This document shows, in pieces, positions 12,295 through 24,326 of a stretch of 64,000 nt of DNA. Positions within the stretch are counted from its first letter, which is position 1; the number at the start of each line of letters is the position of its first letter. Position numbers and translations under genes: made by a program. Source of the DNA: Oopsacas minuta (taxonomy: Eukaryota > Animalia > Porifera); assembly GCA_024704765.1 (NCBI GenBank), contig JAKMXF010000255.1:1-64000 (forward strand), given 5' to 3'. The notes under the pieces were generated by a model, which did not search any database, had not been told where the DNA came from, and was given only the letters and a program-made list of their open reading frames with translations.

Positions 12295-14160
12295 TTACAA
12301 ATTTATTTTATTTGCTTTACACTTCGTTTCCCATTTCTCAATCTTCAAACCTATCAATTCTATATCAGAATCGCTCAATAATCCTTTATTCTTCTGAATA
12401 ACTAACCGCTTCGATTCTCCTCCCTCCACCATCACATTAGCCGTTACTTCTAAGATCCCATCAGCTGTTACAGTGAAACTAACACCTATTTTCACCTTCC
12501 CTCTCAATCTAGGAGGGAGTCCGGGCAGTATAAACGTCCCTAAATGTCTGTTATCCTTAATCAAATCATTTTCTCCTTCAAATACTTCTATCTTAGCCTC
12601 CAATTGATAATCTTCGTCATTCCTATACATCTTAGTATGTGAATAAGGAATAGTCGTATTTCTCTTCACAATAACACTCATTTTCCCTCCACTAACGGCT
12701 ATGCCTAGACTCTTACCAGTAATATCCATAAGAGTTAGTCCGTTGAGTTTATGGCCTCCTGTCTTTTCTTCAATATTAAGAGACAAGTTAGCTCCTTGAA
12801 TAGCAGCTCCCATAGATACTGCTTCATCAGGGTTAATACGTTTACTAATAGGCACTCCCTTCAGGTAATTTTCTAGCATTTTCTGCACTGCGACTATTCT
12901 AGTGGAGCCTCCGATCAAAAGGACTTCGTCTAGCGACTCAGCCTTCAGGCCAGCGTCACGTAGCGCAGATTCTACTGGAATAAGACACTTTTCAAGAAGA
13001 GGCTTACTGACTGTGTCAAATTCATCCCTGGTTAAAGTGATCTCAAAATCTTCCCCATTAACAAGCGATTCAATATCTCTACTCGCTGTCAGCGAATGTG
13101 ATAGCTGGTGCTTCAAGTCACGACATGCTTCTTTCAATTTCTTCATAGATTTAGCATTTCCACTTATATCAACACCGAATTCTGCCTGAACCTTCGGTAA
13201 GAAATATTTCACTAGATTCTCATCAACATCTTGTCCTCCTAGTTGGGTATCACCACATGTACTCTTAATATCAAACACTTTATCGTCAATTAATAAAGTG
13301 GTTACATCTAAAGTTCCTCCACCGAAGTCGAATACCAAAAGTGTCCGTTTTCCATTTTCCCCTACACCCTTCGTGAGTCCGTATGCTACAGCTGCTGCAG
13401 TCGGTTCGTTAATAATCCTCAACACCTCCAGCCCTGCCATTTTACACGCGTCTTTAGTAGCTTGTCTCTGTGCATCATTGAAATATGCCGGGATAGTAAC
13501 GACAGCTCTACTGACCGGACAGCCAAGATAATCTTCTGCAGTGTTCTTCATCTTGACTAGAATATAAGCAGAAATCTCTTCTGGTGTTAATATCTCATCG
13601 CTACCCTCTAGCTGTATAGAACACATTCCATCTAGCTCTTTTATGGAGAAAGGCCATGAAGCCAATTTTTCCTGGACTGTTGTATCAAAATATTTACGGC
13701 CAATTAGACGCTTCGAATCGTAAACTGTGTTTCTCATGAATTTGTTAGCTTTCGACTGGGCTGCTTCTCCGACAAGAACTTCCACTGAACTGGAAGAAGG
13801 GAAACAGACCCACGAGGGTGTAGTACGGTTACCAGAACTATTTTGTATTACCTGAGGGGCTGATCCCTCCCACACACTTACACATGAGTATGTAGTACCT
13901 AGGTCAATACCGATAACAGGAGTGTTTCTAGATTTTGATGCAGGGACCTGTGGTGGAGATGTTATCTCAGTTCTGGTATCGAAAAATAAATCAATATTCG
14001 TGTCAGGGACTACACTCTCGACATAACCTGAATCAAATATCTTATCTAGATTGGAGATAGGGGGAGGGGAAGATGATCTCGGATCGATGTTCCCCTTTTT
14101 CACGCCAGGAAATGCGAGATCCTCGTCAAAATAGTCTAGAAAATCTGGTCGCTCTGCCAT
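12295..14160 (-). CDS. Hsp70-family chaperone with an ~80-aa N-terminal extension and a truncated lid, intronless
   Basis: Nucleotide-binding motifs GIDLGTTYSCV, DSKRLIGR, IINEPTAAAVAYG, DFGGGTLDV and LIGGSTRI are present, followed by substrate-binding beta-domain motifs KRNTTIP and VFEGE. The protein ends about 25 aa after LSDSDIE and has no EEVD. Confidence 0.9.
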   Translation of the reverse strand: MAERPDFLDYFDEDLAFPGVKKGNIDPRSSSPPPISNLDKIFDSGYVESVVPDTNIDLFFDTRTEITSPPQVPASKSRNTPVIGIDLGTTYSCVSVWEGSAPQVIQNSSGNRTTPSWVCFPSSSSVEVLVGEAAQSKANKFMRNTVYDSKRLIGRKYFDTTVQEKLASWPFSIKELDGMCSIQLEGSDEILTPEEISAYILVKMKNTAEDYLGCPVSRAVVTIPAYFNDAQRQATKDACKMAGLEVLRIINEPTAAAVAYGLTKGVGENGKRTLLVFDFGGGTLDVTTLLIDDKVFDIKSTCGDTQLGGQDVDENLVKYFLPKVQAEFGVDISGNAKSMKKLKEACRDLKHQLSHSLTASRDIESLVNGEDFEITLTRDEFDTVSKPLLEKCLIPVESALRDAGLKAESLDEVLLIGGSTRIVAVQKMLENYLKGVPISKRINPDEAVSMGAAIQGANLSLNIEEKTGGHKLNGLTLMDITGKSLGIAVSGGKMSVIVKRNTTIPYSHTKMYRNDEDYQLEAKIEVFEGENDLIKDNRHLGTFILPGLPPRLRGKVKIGVSFTVTADGILEVTANVMVEGGESKRLVIQKNKGLLSDSDIELIGLKIEKWETKCKANKINL

Positions 14161-14957
14161 AAATTAATGAATTGTGTATAAGGCTAAGCACAGCCTATAA
14201 CTGGAATCAGTAGAGGAATAGAATTTCATTTGGACTCATTTCAATACAGCTCTGAACTGATTGCTTAGATGCAATATTCCTACTTTCTACTCTGAGGAAT
14301 GAGAACTATTTGTATTAGTAAAAACAATCATTTCATATTTCAACACAAATTATCTTTATTAATGTGGTAAGAGTATAGTATACAAGTGGATGGAATAGCT
14401 ATAGCGCACTTTAAGTTTATCCATCAAAATGCTAAGGCAGATGATAGTAATGAAAATATTCATTGCTGAAAACACTAAAGAAACAAATCAGAGACATATC
14501 GATCAATATTGACTCGTACAGCTATGTAATCGTATTGAAAATCCCACACAGTAAATTTTACGAATTGATGGTATATTCGGTCATTGAGAGAAAATACATT
14601 TTCTTTTGTTTCTAAATAAATGTTGACAAGGGCAGAGAAAGAAGACACTTGGTGACTAGCCAAGTAGCCATGGACTTAATCTCTAATAATGTGGCTACAA
14701 CATTAATCAACTTTGACAGTTTGCACTGCTTCATACAAGTGAGCATTACAAAATGGGGGAATACCACTTCTCCGCTCCAAAATATAATAATTGTACTTTT
14801 ATTAGCAAATATTTGACCAGATGTATTTGTAAAATAATATAAAACGTCAATAAGATTGAAAGTGAATAAAACAAATTAACAAAGCGAAAAGTATTGAAAT
14901 TAGTAAAACTTTCAATCAAACGCCAGCGCAAGATTGTTCGCTTTCTAATATAACTGT

Positions 14958-16531
14958 TTAGCTCTGTGTCCTCGCGAGTTGCATCTGTATCTGAAAATAC
15001 TTGTCTCTAGTTTCAGTAGACTTGTTGCACTTTGTTAATTGCAATACAAGTTGCGTAAGAATTATCTAAAAATGAAATATGTAAGGTTATGTCACAAAAA
15101 TGACAATTATTTAGTATTATTGTATTGCTGTATTATTACCATAGCGTGTGTAGAGGGCAAAGATTGACAAGCTTGATAAGTCAGGAGTGCTGTCTGTAAA
15201 GCTGTAGCATCAGAGAGGCCTGGTAGATTAAATAAATAATAATAATTGCACCAAATAAAGAAATATCAGTATAAAATGGATACAGTTATATAGAAGCTCA
15301 AGCGACCCGCGATAATTAATTCGATACAACCGATGAAGTGTATACTATTTGACGGTTTGGGACCATATTTGTATAATTTCAGACTTAGCTTACCTATATA
15401 TAAGGAAGCAAATGCCAGCAATTCTTGAGCAATTGTTAGTGTCTTTACTCCTGTTTGTAGAAGAGATGATAGCACAATCAAAGCTGAATCAACATTTCCA
15501 GTTAACATAGCAAAGTATAGTGTCCATACGAGGTTACCCTGATCGTTCTGTACAGTAGTACCTCCAATGCTAATCAGCTGCTGAGGATCTAATGTTTTAG
15601 AATTTCCATTGAGTATCACTGATTTGGGTTCTAATATTTGTTTATCAGCTGATTTAGCAGAGAGAGGAGGCGAGGAGATAGGAGGCTGTGTCAAGAATAT
15701 AGGAGTGTGTATTGAGGTTGCAGAGAGTGTTTGTGTTCCTCCATTAGTTGTAATAGGAATGTATTTAACAGGACACAGCTTCAGGAGATCTCCATTTATC
15801 TGCATTTCCTGCTTAAGTGGTTGTATATTCAGTTTCTGATTAACATTGTTGAGCTGAACTGGTTGAAAACTTGAAGATAAGAATCTCTTTGCATCTGGTA
15901 CTGTAGTTGAGCATTCTACTTTACTAGATCGCTTCCCTAAGTTCTTATTTTGCTGTTTCAAACCGTTTGAAGATGAATTGTGCTTTTGTTTAATATTTAG
16001 GGCATTTTTGATGTCCGTTAGAGTTGTACTGAGGGATGTAGGACTCTTTGGCATGTTGGCAACTGACGTCAGAAGAGAAGCGAGGACTATATTACCAACT
16101 TGATTGTTAGAATTTGGAGGTGAAATATCTGAATTAGGACTGTTAGCATAGTTTATTGAACTATCATTGAGAACTACCAGTCTATAGAGTTGCGACAGTG
16201 CATTTGATGTACTACCGTTACATGACGATACAATACTATCCAATATGTCATTAGTCACGTCCAAATTATCGCTAAAAAATGGAAAATATAATTGTATTTT
16301 GTAAGGAAATTATGATATATGAGATACTTACCATCCTTTTGAATCTAAAAAGTTTTTCAGGTATGTTTTGGCGTTTTCTAATATTTTAAATATGGATTTA
16401 TTCGTGAGTTTTTCCAAATTTATTTCAGCTTTCTGTGTCAAACTATTTGCAAGAGTGGAAATGTTTGATTCTAAGGCAGTAGCGATTAGAAATACGTTGT
16501 GGCCTCTGGTGAGAATTTCTGCTAACGTCTC
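14958..16531 (-). CDS. Uncharacterised spliced protein (at least 4 exons, 5' end not found)
   Basis: Exons 16531-16332, 16271-15394, 15219-15140 and 15065-14958 have GT-AG ends and consistent phases (2,1,0), giving about 420 open codons. The middle is S/N/P-rich and the ends look helical. Confidence 0.65.
15281..15390 (+). mobile_element. MITE family A, partial copy in an intron of the orphan gene
   Basis: tacagttatatagaagctcaagcgacccgcgataatt..gacggtttgggaccatatttgtataatttcagact. Confidence 0.75.
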
Positions 16532-19193
16532 CTATAAATGATATTAATTTGGTAAATGTATCCATTCATATCCGTCAATAGGTTTCATTCATTTAACATT
16601 TGAATTGAATTATTTCCATTTACAATACTTGCAAAAGTATTAATTATTTAGAACGCAAAGTCAAAAGAATTCTTGCTATCTTAAACCCCGATAATCCAAA
16701 AGAGAATATTTTCAAGAATTAATCAGACATAAACATATCTGAATTAAAATTTCCAACAAAGCTCTTTATTCTTGTTTGGTTTGCAGAAAAAATTGCAAAC
16801 TATTAATTCTATTTACTGTGATTACAATATCAAAGGTAGATAATTCATTAACGATACGTATACCGAACGCGGGTGTTAATTCACCGAAATATTGCTGTAA
16901 AGTACAATTTGATTAATCTCTAAATTAAAGGGAGTTTGCATGCATTTTTGGATAATTAATGAATCGAAAATTGCTGCCATTAGCTGAGATAATAAAAAAT
17001 GAAAGTACATATTCTGTGGTAATAAATACGTTTGCAAATTTTAAGAAATGCAAATTATACATAAACTTGTGTAACTATGTCCACCACGTAACCGTTCGGA
17101 TTATGCGTAACAAGCTTGCCTCTTTCCAAAATCATGTTTTTCGCTATTTATTCGGTGTTAGTGACACGAATTATTGCATAAACAAAATGAATGATGTATG
17201 GAAATCAATAAATTCAAATGCTACAGAGTACTGATATCTCAAATATGCATTTACTGGTCGTTCAAACAAATAGATAGCTAAGTTTTTCTCCTTACAATAT
17301 GAATATATTCTTCACACTATTGAGAGAATATCCTCATATCATAATTGGTCCATGTTAATTATGGAATTGAATTGAATAGGACTTATGGTAATAGTTTAAC
17401 ATCGATAAACCACCACGCTTGACCTTTGATAAGTAAAATGATAAAATTTCCTTGTATGGTAGAATCTGTATGACTACATTAATAACTAAGAAGACGGTCT
17501 GTCCCTAATGAGTCATCAGGTTAGGGTTGAACAGCCAATTTAATGAATCTTTATATAATTGGATTAATTATGGCTTAGCTCGTCTCATGATTAATATTAT
17601 AAATAGGTAGTGGGTGAATAGGTTGTATATTTAAGTCAGCGCCTTGTTGCCACTCACTTACAGACAGTTCAAGTATTTTCTCCATGCATTAGCATAATGT
17701 ATAGACACGAGTAATGTCATGTCAGTACACAAGGGTTATAGTTTGTTAGTGACTTATGATTAACGCTTAGGTAAAAGCTTATTGTATTGAGCCGAGATAT
17801 CTTATAAACATCTGGCAGTGGAGGGTATATGATTGTTTGATTATATTATACGTTTCCTAACTGAAGAGTATACAGATATCAGTATGGTATATCAACACGA
17901 GTTGAGCACCAAATTTCCAAAATTATCCGAATTGAGCAATACAACATAACCTCCATGATAGCTGTCCGTACAAGCGGTTTTCTGAGATAACAAGTTGATC
18001 GACAAAACATTAGTACTATATAGAAGCCAGTGGTTACAGACGAATATATAGATAGAATAGATCGTCAGATATTTATGGTATGAGATTTTAAGATAATTTA
18101 CATAAAAACTAGTTCGTGCTAGCCAAACAAGAAATTATCCTATGAATGAAATAAATATGCATTAATTTGCATTAACCACAATGCTCCAGGAGGATATCTA
18201 CCAAATCTCTTACAAGGAAAAATACAGATTTGCTATTTCCTATATCCGCACCCACTCGTTATAAGAAGGAAATTCCACATTAAAACTATCATATCCTACT
18301 TGAGATGTAAATGATCTCCCTCAGTTACAAATTCCTGCTTCGACCATCTTTCCTTTGCTAACGGACGTCCAGTCCATATACTAAGAATGTCTCCGATTAA
18401 GTTTTATTGAAAGTAGCATATATTTGTTTACCAAATTGGCGTAACAAGAATTTTGGATATCAATCGCTAATTACTCGGTATTATATGTTTGTAAGACCTA
18501 AGCATGCTTAATGTTATCGTCCTTAATCGGAGTAAAATTATATTCATTTGCTTTAGTTAATTAAGTAAATAGCTCAGGTATTCATTACAAAATCAGAAGA
18601 TCACTCATACAGTAACCTCAGTTATGAAATAAAGTCGAATAATATCAATAATTGCCCTGAGGTTCATAGTTACACGATACGTAGAATGGTATGCGTTCAA
18701 GGATGTATTATGTGTACACATTCATTAGCTGTAATTAGAACCTTATTAACAATCAATTAACAATTATAACGAATGGATAATGGTTGTATGACACAATATA
18801 TTTTGATGAGACCTAATTCAGAAATCGCACTTATGTTTGTATAATTATTAGTTAATTATATGCGATGAGAGAGACTTTTTTGTTAAGTTGGAAAGTCGTA
18901 AAAACCTTATTATGTGTAGTTTGATCGTGGATAATTGTAAGATAGATAAAAAGCTACTCCATCTGTTCTAATGTAAGTAACAAGAAACATACGACATGAT
19001 TTACAGAAAAGGCAAAATAAGTCCATTTACAAATAAAAATTCCTTGTATGAAACAATAAATATGACCTTTACACTATATTATAATGATAAGATAATATAT
19101 ATGGTTAAGTAATGCTTGTAATACTTCCTTATTGATAAATATGAATGAAAATGGCTGAGATAATATTAGATTTCCAGGACTGAGAAATAATTC

Positions 19194-20919
19194 TTAAAAC
19201 AAGACAAATCTATGATCTAACCTGTTTTTAGTTATTTTAGAGGTTGTTATATCAAAGAATTTAATGCTGGAGACCTGTATATTATTCATTGCTTCATATA
19301 CTACTGGTAATAGTGTAGGGAGGAGAGTTTGATTGTGAATTCCAATTCTATTTTCATTTTCAAGGATTATTATTATGTAATCCTGCATTAAAGTATGTCG
19401 AAAGGGAGTTTGTTGAAAAGGTGAATCATATATTTGTACATTTTGCAATATTGCAAATATTCTATTATCTAACTCTGAGTTCGTATAGGAAGTACTGAAG
19501 AAATAGTAATTGCAATTCTAAGAATATGTAATTTGCAACTTCATGCTTCTAGCTCTAGGTCTCAGCGGTAGAGAATAAATGGAATAATTAATAATTGCCT
19601 ATGAACTAAGGTAGATTTTTGGAATACGTGGATCAAGTTCAAAGTCAAAAGTATACCACAAATGAGTTATATTGCAAGATAAACATTCCTCTTATATTTC
19701 TAAGGATAAACTGCAATATTCAAATTCCAAATAAGATAATAAGAGGTGTACAGTGAGCACCCACACGAGTTGAAATCATGACAAACTCATTGACTTGATT
19801 CCAATAAATGAATGAATAATTATTGCACGCACATGTTTAATTGTGTTGTGTGGTAAGTGGGTATCAGATTAATTTTCAGAAATTTCCTTATAAGGTAATG
19901 AACTTAAGGAAATATTCTCTTAGAATAGTGAATAAATATTTATTAATTATACCACAAACCTCTTGTTCACTTTTAAGTAGGTGGATATTGTCTAATAATA
20001 GGAAGACAGGTTTTGAATTACTCGCTATCTTTCTTGTAATTTCTTTGCTATCTCCTGAACCTATTTCCACAAAATGTGCTTCTATCCTCGTCTCAATAAA
20101 TTGCTTTAGAATTCCAGCTAATGTACTCTAGAAATGAAAAATAAAGATAAATACATATTTGATAAGGAAAGGGCATAAACACACTCTTCCTGATCCCAGA
20201 GGTCCTGTTATAAATACATTGCAGAAATTTGCTTGATTGAACTCCATTAGAACCTGTTTCATCTTATTAACGGCTGATTCCTGCCCAATTATCCCATCTA
20301 TCGTAACAGGTTTAACTGCCTCACTCAACTGAATATCAAATGTTGTTGCAAGAGAACTTTTCTGTATTTGTTTAGGACTCCAATCAGATCCCTAACATAG
20401 AACAATTATCAAATGTTGTCTCAATAATCCACTGTAGTTAATTCAGTGAAAAAGCGTTGTCACAGGCTATTTTGCTTTGAAATATTTGAAAGCAAATCAA
20501 CTTACTTTAACACTGGAATTGCTTGATTTTGGACTACTGCCATTCTCAGATTTCAAAACGACACCATGACTGTTATCTTTCTCTGGAACATAGGTGTGAA
20601 ATTTTATTTTTGTTTCATTTTGATAATAAGCTTGTCCAACAATATTATTTACAGCTGAGTAGTTTTGTTCCGGAGAAGAAGGGAGATTCGTCGGAGTTGT
20701 TTTAACAGACATTCTCTTAATCTGTTCAGCGGATGCATTATGGCATTTTACAAGGTGTGAATTAAAACTAGAACTCGACACCATGTTATTACATAAAGTG
20801 CACTTAACCGTGTTTATGTTATGTGTACGTGTATTGTTACGTGGCTGTAATGACACACCATTCTGTCGTGGTGACAATATCTGACTATCCATTTGATTAA
20901 TTACAATTTTGTATTGCAT
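19194..20919 (-). CDS. WRNIP1/RarA-like protein: UBZ4-type zinc finger plus degenerate AAA+ module (3' exons uncertain)
   Basis: Exons 20919-20506, 20391-20185 and 20127-19960 are all phase 0 with GT-AG ends. They encode CTLCNNMVSSSSFNSHLVKC (UBZ4 pattern), LSEAVKPVTIDGIIGQESAV, GPLGSGR|ST and FLLLDNIHLLKSEQE. ORF 19194-19448 may be the last exon. Confidence 0.68.
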
Positions 20920-22298
20920 TTAACAATATTAAACTCTCTTATATAGTAATAATGAATGCCATGCAAAGTGCTGTTGCATTATTTTCTCTGTGGCCTATGG
21001 ATTCCATGCTCCTTGAGAGTCACGCATATGTGTGTCATCAAATTATACAGATTTGACGAGCACATGCAACAACACATGAATAGTTTGTTATATTTTAAAG
21101 CATCTTATCAAAATAGGTAAGAAACCTAAGGATCGGATCAATTCGTATGAGTCCATTTTAGTTCGTTAATGGAGTTAGGTTTAGGCTTCAGTATGTCGAG
21201 TAATTACTTGTAAAATTTAAATATGGTAAAGATCATACTCACAGTCATTATTTGGCGACTAAACTTAAAGATCTACACTGTATCTAGCGTTGTAAGGGTT
21301 TCTTGTTATGTGGCATAACTAATAGAGATTCTGCCTCGCCAACAGGACTTGGATTTGTAATTTCCGACGTGCTAAAGCCTGTAAATGCTCAGGATGATAT
21401 ATATCTGAGAAATGTCAGTAACATTTGTTGTACAATTCAATGGATTTGTGTTTGATTAGTAAGAACTGAGGTATCTCAATGATTTAAGGGGGTAGCCTCA
21501 ATTTCTTGAATTCAGTGATTTGAAATAGCCGTTCGAAATTTTGACGCCTCTCCCTTCCTGTGTCACGCGTTTTGTGTTACGAAAGAGATTGTAACACTTA
21601 AGGATTATCTACGGTTGTGTTTAATTATTTACACAATGCAACTTATCATATGTCTATCTTATTTGCAAGTTTGTACACTACGATATAACAACATTGCTAT
21701 AACAAATGTATTACTTTACCTAGAAGGAAAGAGTTCACGTTAATACAAATTTATTACAGAATAAGTCGACGTAAATGCAATCAAATTCACTGAATTGCTA
21801 ATACACAAATATGCAAATTAGTTCAAAATGTAACACCGATTCTATAATTTCTAATTCTAACACTATTTTACAAAATTGCATTAGCAATTCTGAAGACTCG
21901 AATTTGTAATTAAATTATACTTAATCGTTTCTCTGGAGTAGCACCGGATGGCTAGGCAATCAGGGATCAGCTGATTATGATTAAATTCTGAGTAACGAAT
22001 TTACCTTTTAAGGATATATTCTTAGAAATAAGATTGTTTATTCAGTTCTGTGAATTATAAATCAAATCAAGAATACAGAAATAATATTCAGATTTGTAAA
22101 TTATCCGAAACGAATAATTACATTTTTGTGGTGGACGCTCGTAAATACACTAGAACTAGAACCTCGATAATACTAATACCCCGATAAGACATACAAATTT
22201 TCATTTCCCTTCAATACTCTGGGGTTGTTTTCATTTCTATTCTAAGGATTATAATACTGGTAACACCCCCGTAATTAAATATTCCTAGCCAAAGTGAA

Positions 22299-23843
22299 AT
22301 GGATCCTGAATTTCAACCTTCCTCTCCGATTTCCGATGCAAACCGATCATCTTACCTCCCCCCGGTCTCCACCCCACTAACCAAGGTTTATCTGGATGGA
22401 CTTCTGACCGCCCTAAACGCCGGAGACAATCTCGCGAACCTCAAGGCTACCCATTTATGGTCTGACATAATAAACTGCATCGATAAGTTCCCTACAAGTT
22501 CAGTACGCTTCCACATGAGAACATATAAGCACATATTTACAGGTAGTGAGTGTGTAATGGGATTATTCACATACTTGCAGGCTAAAACTGACATATACCC
22601 CGCACTCAAACAGCCAACCAGAGAACAGGTCTTGTCTCTCTGTCAACAGCTGTTAGACCAAGGTCACTTGAAAGCAGCCAGTAAATCTTCCAGGTCTGTT
22701 TTCCAGTCCGACAACCATCCGTATCGATTCTCACGGACGCCATATACCCTTCTAGGCAGTCCGGTTGTTTCAGAATGCTCCAGCGAAGTGTCAAATCCCC
22801 CTACACGTAGGCGGAACCATAGATACCATCCATACCTGAAACTAGCTAAAAACTCTGTCAAGAAAATAGTCGGTAAACCTCGCGAAAAGAAACTTGTCCC
22901 AGAAGAGGACCACGAATGGGTGGACACAGTTATGTCACGGATATTATCACACGTCGATATGCCATACTTAGACAAAGTTATGACATCAAAAGAACTGACA
23001 GATGAGGTCGTAAAACAAAACCTAAATTGCATTATTGGTGGAGAAGAAGGGTACATTCCTCAGTGGATAATTCGAATATTTGATTGGCTAGCGTGCTATA
23101 ACAAAGGTGATAAGCTATCTGACATACACACGGAACACTTGAAGATTCCTTCCAGCGAGGAAGATTTTCCTTCTGGGCTCCTCAATCGTCTCAGTCGATA
23201 TTTTGATACCTCGATAGGGCCATTGATACATCACTCACTGTTTGAGTTATTCGAGACAATCGCTATGCAATTTACAGGCGAAACAATACAGAAAAAGGCG
23301 ATTGTATGTCTACAACTGTTTTTATTGTTACCAGCTCCGCATAAACGGCTACACATGGTGTTTCTGTTTAAAAACCTAGCTCGCATTTCCTGTAATGACA
23401 ATCTAATGGGTTCCAGCAGCGAGGAGAAACTGATCCACTTCTTGAAACTATTTATGCCTTGTATAGTGAGAGCTAAAGAGAAAATAACCAGGAATACGGA
23501 GGTTTACACGAATATTAATCCTATCCTATGCTATATGGCTAGGAATTCAAGTATTGCATTTGATGTACCAAAAGACATTAAAGCTATCTACCTAGAAGAA
23601 GTCAAGGATTTCTCTTTCCAAGACTTTCTCTCAGAAAAACCGATTAATTTCAGTCCGTTGTCAAAATGTACGAAAGTCATAATTGAACCGACCGAAACAA
23701 GGGAAGAGTTGAAAAAACTTTTAGATAATATTGTGAAAGATGTTTCCCTCACAAAAGAGAAGAGAGAAGATCTTCTTCACCAATTTTCAGTTGTCTACCC
23801 GGAGATTTACTCACAGAACTTATCTCCGATTGCTTTTGAGTAA
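22299..23843 (+). CDS. DEP-domain plus RhoGAP-like protein of the DEPDC1/DEPDC7 (LET-99) family, intronless
   Basis: DEP region ATHLWSDII..FTGSECV..TREQVLSLCQQLLD; GAP-like region AIVCLQLFLLLPAPHKRLHMVFLFKNLARIS; family-typical C-terminus LLDNIVKDVSLTKEKREDLLHQFSVVYPEIY. Confidence 0.8.
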   Translation: MDPEFQPSSPISDANRSSYLPPVSTPLTKVYLDGLLTALNAGDNLANLKATHLWSDIINCIDKFPTSSVRFHMRTYKHIFTGSECVMGLFTYLQAKTDIYPALKQPTREQVLSLCQQLLDQGHLKAASKSSRSVFQSDNHPYRFSRTPYTLLGSPVVSECSSEVSNPPTRRRNHRYHPYLKLAKNSVKKIVGKPREKKLVPEEDHEWVDTVMSRILSHVDMPYLDKVMTSKELTDEVVKQNLNCIIGGEEGYIPQWIIRIFDWLACYNKGDKLSDIHTEHLKIPSSEEDFPSGLLNRLSRYFDTSIGPLIHHSLFELFETIAMQFTGETIQKKAIVCLQLFLLLPAPHKRLHMVFLFKNLARISCNDNLMGSSSEEKLIHFLKLFMPCIVRAKEKITRNTEVYTNINPILCYMARNSSIAFDVPKDIKAIYLEEVKDFSFQDFLSEKPINFSPLSKCTKVIIEPTETREELKKLLDNIVKDVSLTKEKREDLLHQFSVVYPEIYSQNLSPIAFE

Positions 23844-24326
23844 ACTCGTTTGTAACAACAAGTTTTGTTGTTTACTTACTCTTTGAACTTTATTGTGTTT
23901 GTTTTCTTCAGCAGAAAAATTCCAAACTCATTATACACTAAAATTAACCGCCAATAGCTCTTATCAGTTTACTCGGGGAGCCAGTCAACTCGTATCTAAT
24001 TTACAATCGATATTGTCTTAAGAGTGTTTCTTATTGTTGTGGACCCAGCCTTTTCTTGTATTAGTTATACACCCGCCTCTAGCTGGTGATCAGAGGATTT
24101 TAAGCCCCTCGATTTTGAGTTGATATTAGGTAGTTGACTGGCAATCGTTTATACCAGACATCTGTATATGGGTAAAATCAGATATCTGGAAGGTTTTCTA
24201 TAATTAGAGAAATGTAACTCTATCTGATTACAATTGTCTGCCTAGTTAGATTATCATATAATAAACTCTTTATTTCGTTAATTGTATATTATTTCTAGTT
24301 AAAATTCGACGTTTGAGTTTAGAGTT

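Noticed and set aside
14430-14930. Short ORFs 14475-14663 and 14746-14931 and a stop-interrupted + frame as a possible pseudogene
   Set aside because: AT-rich, no recognisable family; probably UTR or intergenic sequence.
21290-21470. Open frames of about 30-60 codons on both strands between the WRNIP1-like and DEPDC genes
   Set aside because: No start codon, no partner exon and no recognisable motif.
24060-24250. Possible decayed NHL fragment upstream of the first NHL gene
   Set aside because: There is only a vague ADNCN-like word and several stops, which is not distinguishable from chance.
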